Below, piece after piece: positions 60,816-64,000 of a stretch of 64,000 bases of DNA. The notes under the pieces were generated by a model. The model ran no database searches. It was not told where the DNA came from and saw only the letters and a program-made list of their open reading frames with translations. Every line of letters starts with the position of its first letter. Position 1 is the stretch's first letter. A program made the position numbers and the translations under genes. Origin of the DNA: Patescibacteria group bacterium (GTDB taxonomy: Bacteria; Patescibacteriota; WWE3; UBA101185; UBA10185); the NCBI GenBank assembly GCA_026004595.1, contig BPJL01000001.1, positions 90,486-154,485 on the forward strand, in the 5' to 3' direction.

Positions 60816-61406
60816 ATGCCACCGATTTTTAATAAAAATTCTTCAATAGCATCAGCTGTTTCATATGTTACTCCGACTTTTGACCCAGAAGCTCTCAAAA
60901 ATGTCAAAAGTAAGGTTGATTTAGACAGGTACATTTTGAGGCAGACACAGGGGGAGTCGGTTTTGCTCACAGAAGCTTACGACATACCATCATTGATGTA
61001 TATCACCAACGTAATATACAGTTCCTCGCCTGAATTGGTGCTTGTAACAAAAGATGGTTTGAAAGTTCAGATTTTTGATTTTACATCAGATCCGGTAATA
61101 AGACCTTCCGAAATTATTACATCATTTTCAATATTAAATAAGGAAATCCCTGAAGGTAAATCAGAGCAAGATATTAGAATAAATATTCAGGAAATATGGG
61201 AAAGAGAAACATCAGAAGATGTTTTACAAAAGCTTTATATCTGTTTGAAAAACATTCTAAAACAATCCCCCGAAACAACTAAAACAACCTTAATTGGTAA
61301 AGAACCGGTAGTTTTATTTTTACTTACCCAACATATTTTAGCTACTAGAACTAAAGAGTTATGGTACCAAAGTGATTTAGATTCAAAACCAGTGAGGATA
61401 TATTAG
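60816..61406 (+). CDS. Hypothetical protein, C-terminus possibly Csx3-like
   Basis: TATACT 8 nt upstream; 1-nt gap to the helicase gene. Confidence 0.65.
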   Translation: MPPIFNKNSSIASAVSYVTPTFDPEALKNVKSKVDLDRYILRQTQGESVLLTEAYDIPSLMYITNVIYSSSPELVLVTKDGLKVQIFDFTSDPVIRPSEIITSFSILNKEIPEGKSEQDIRINIQEIWERETSEDVLQKLYICLKNILKQSPETTKTTLIGKEPVVLFLLTQHILATRTKELWYQSDLDSKPVRIY

Positions 61407-61407
61407 T

Positions 61408-64000
61408 ATGGCAATTCCTTACCAAAGACGAGATGAAGGTCAATATCACGAGGCTAAGGCGCCGGAAGAGGCATTAAAAGGTTTGGATTACCCTGTTGTA
61501 GAAAATAGAGAAAAGATAATGGAAGTAGCACGAGAGCATGTCAATTTTGTACTTGTTGGGGAAACAGGTTCCGGTAAAACAACATGTTTGCCAATAATGT
61601 TAATGGAGATAAAGGGGGAACTAGGCTTAGAAGGAAAGATAGCAGTTACCCAACCTAGACGTGTTGCTGCAAGAAGTGTTGCTAAAAGAGTGTCTGATCT
61701 TATGGGTTGCGAGGTTGGACAAGATGTCGGTTATCAGGTGCGGTTTGAAGATCATACAACAGAAGGTACTGAGATCAACTTTATGACTGACGGTATTTTG
61801 CTTAGAAAAATGCAATTTGATCCCCTACTAAAAGACTATTCTATTGTTATGGTAGATGAGGCGCACGAGCGAAGCTTGAATATTGATCTTTGTTTAGGTT
61901 TACTCAAAAACGCAAACAATAAAAGAGCGAAAGCAGGAATGGAACCTATTAGAATCGCTGTTACTTCAGCCACAATTGAGCGTGAAAAGTTTGCAAAATA
62001 CTTTGGTAATGGAGAATCAGGTAATTCTATAGAGGTACCAGGAAAAATGTATCCAGTACAAGTTTTCTATGAAACACAAAATCCTAGAGATTTTATGCAA
62101 GCAGGTGCAGAAAAGGTGAAACAAATAGTTGAAAGTGGGGATCCCGGTGACATTTTGGTTTTTATGCCTGGTAAAGAAGAGATAGATAGAACCATCGAAG
62201 ACATTGAAAAGTTAATAGACCCAGATTCAGTTGAGATTATTAGACTCCACGCGGATATGTCTCCGGAAGACCAAGATCGTATTTTTCATCCTAATAGTAG
62301 AAGAAAGATAATAGTCTCGACAAATATTGCTGAGACATCCGTAACGGTTCCGGGTGTGAGACATGTTGTTGACTCTGGGTATATTAAACAGATTGAGTTC
62401 GATGCCGAAACTGGTATAGAGCAGCTTGTGTTACGACCGCATGCGTTGAGTGGTTTAGAACAAAGAAAAGGACGTGCAGGAAGAATCGCACCTGGTAAAT
62501 GTTACCGATTATTTGCTGAAGATAGTTTAAAGGAACGTTTACAGTATCAAACCCCGGAAATACAAAGATCGGAATTGGCTCACGTTGTACTGACAATGAA
62601 GAAAATTGGTATAGATGATGTTGAAGGTTTCGATTTCATTGATCCCCCAGAAGCATCATCTCTCCATCAAGCTATTGAGACACTCAAAACTTTGGGTGCT
62701 TTAGACCAACACGGTAATCTTACTGAAACTGGGGATTTAATGGCAGAACTAGGTTTAGAACCAAAGTTAGGAAGAATGGTCATTGAAGCACATAAGCATG
62801 GTTGTGTAGAGGATATATGTACTATTGCCGCCTTCTTTGGTGGGAAAAAATTATTTGTAAGACCAAGGGAAAAAGAAAAAGAAGCTGATCTAGCACACGC
62901 ACAGTTTAAAGATGAAAACTCAGATTTTATTTCATATCTTAATGTTTGGGATGCTTATGTACAGAATGGTTATAGAGATCAGTGGGCAAGAGAAAACTTC
63001 TTGAACGGTAGAGTTCTGGACGAGACCAGGAAAGTCCGTTACGAGCTTCTTAGGGTTTTACGACGAAATGGTATTTTGGTAAATGGTAATGGAAATGGCG
63101 GAGTCCACGAACATGACAAAGAAGCTATTGGAAAAGCTGTAACAGCAGGTTTAATTGGTGGACTAATGGAATATGACAGGAGGTATTCTTTTAGGAAAAT
63201 AGATGGAACTGAAAATGGTATTTATATTCACCCATCATCATCAACATTTGGCATTAGTGATTCCCGTTTTTTACTGGTTTCGGCTGAGATATTTAAGAAT
63301 CCGCAGGGAAAAATATACGCTAGCAATTGCCAAATGGTTAAACCCGAATGGATTCCAGAAGTTGCTCCTCAACTTGTTGTGCCTGAATCACCTTATGGTG
63401 CAAGATATGATTCAAAAACGGATGCGGTGGTTAGGGACATTGCTCTTAGGCTGAAAGGAAGCATCAACGATACCGTAGTTGGTAAACGCAGAGAAGTAGT
63501 TGAAGGTCCTGAGGCAGTAAAAGTTTTTGCGGGACGCATTAGTTAGGGAAGAAGTTCCGCTATCAGAGGCGCTAAAATCCATTATCGAAAAAGAATAAAC
63601 AGGAAGTTGCCCGTTTAAACGATTTATGGCGTCGAGCCGAAGGAAATTTTGAGGGTTAAATATGGAAAAAGAGTTTTCTAATGAAGATTTAAGTCAATTT
63701 TATAGAGAAAGGCTAGAAGGTGCTGGTGTGTCGTCAGCAGCAGCTTTAACTAAAGCAGTTGAAGCAGGTACTATCGATATTTCTTTGGATATTTCTAAAA
63801 TAGTTTCTCCTGAAAGACAACAGGAAATTCTTAAGAACAGCCCAGATAGTGTTGAAGTAGGAGAAAAAACTTATGGTGTTAACTATACCTACGAAGCTTA
63901 CTATAAAAAGCATGTGGCAAGTATTACTATTCCGATGGAGGAAATTTTTGAAGTTGAATATATACCTGCGCTACCATCTGGTAGAACCCTTGTTGTAAAA
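61408..64000 (+). CDS. HrpA-like DEAH-box RNA helicase, frameshifted after ~63530 and running off the window
   Basis: GETGSGKT, TQPRR, DEAH, SAT, QRKGRAGR, HA2 region; coding-like sequence continues (PDSVEVGEKTYGVNYTY). Confidence 0.92.

Noticed and set aside
54651-64000. Clustered frameshifts in tsaE, tsaB, VKOR, GT-C and the helicase as pseudogenisation or programmed frameshifting
   Set aside because: The breaks traced fall mostly in homopolymer runs, hit normally essential genes and are confined to this end of the window; sequencing error is the simpler explanation. Read mapping would decide.

Overview
Chromosomal segment of a small-genome bacterium using genetic code 11. Gene content (minimal AlaRS/TsaB/YidC/KhpB, stand-alone PrgI-VirB4 cluster, DUF4012, DUF5659 element) points to Patescibacteria/CPR, probably Microgenomates/WWE3 (inference). 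Bases 1-4883 are the right end of an integrated element whose large serine recombinase reads into an antisense tRNA-Asn. Next come a SUF Fe-S operon, four more tRNAs, trpS, ftsH, tatD, envelope glycosylation genes, alaS, CIRCE-groESL/hsp20, PrgI-VirB4, rpmH-rnpA-yidD-yidC-khpB-dnaN, miaB-miaA, rnpB, mltG, ftsEX-M23, tsaE/tsaB, dsbA-VKOR and an HrpA-like helicase. Most notable: a UAU-anticodon tRNA on a Val-like body, the tRNA-overlapping serine-integrase element, a 149-bp hairpin-rich insert flanked by a tRNA-Cys 3' duplication, two apparently circularly permuted enzymes, several pseudo-enzymes and a pervasive leaderless-gene signature. Frameshifts after about 54.8 kb look like homopolymer sequencing errors. 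All family assignments come from motif recognition by eye; no database searches were run.
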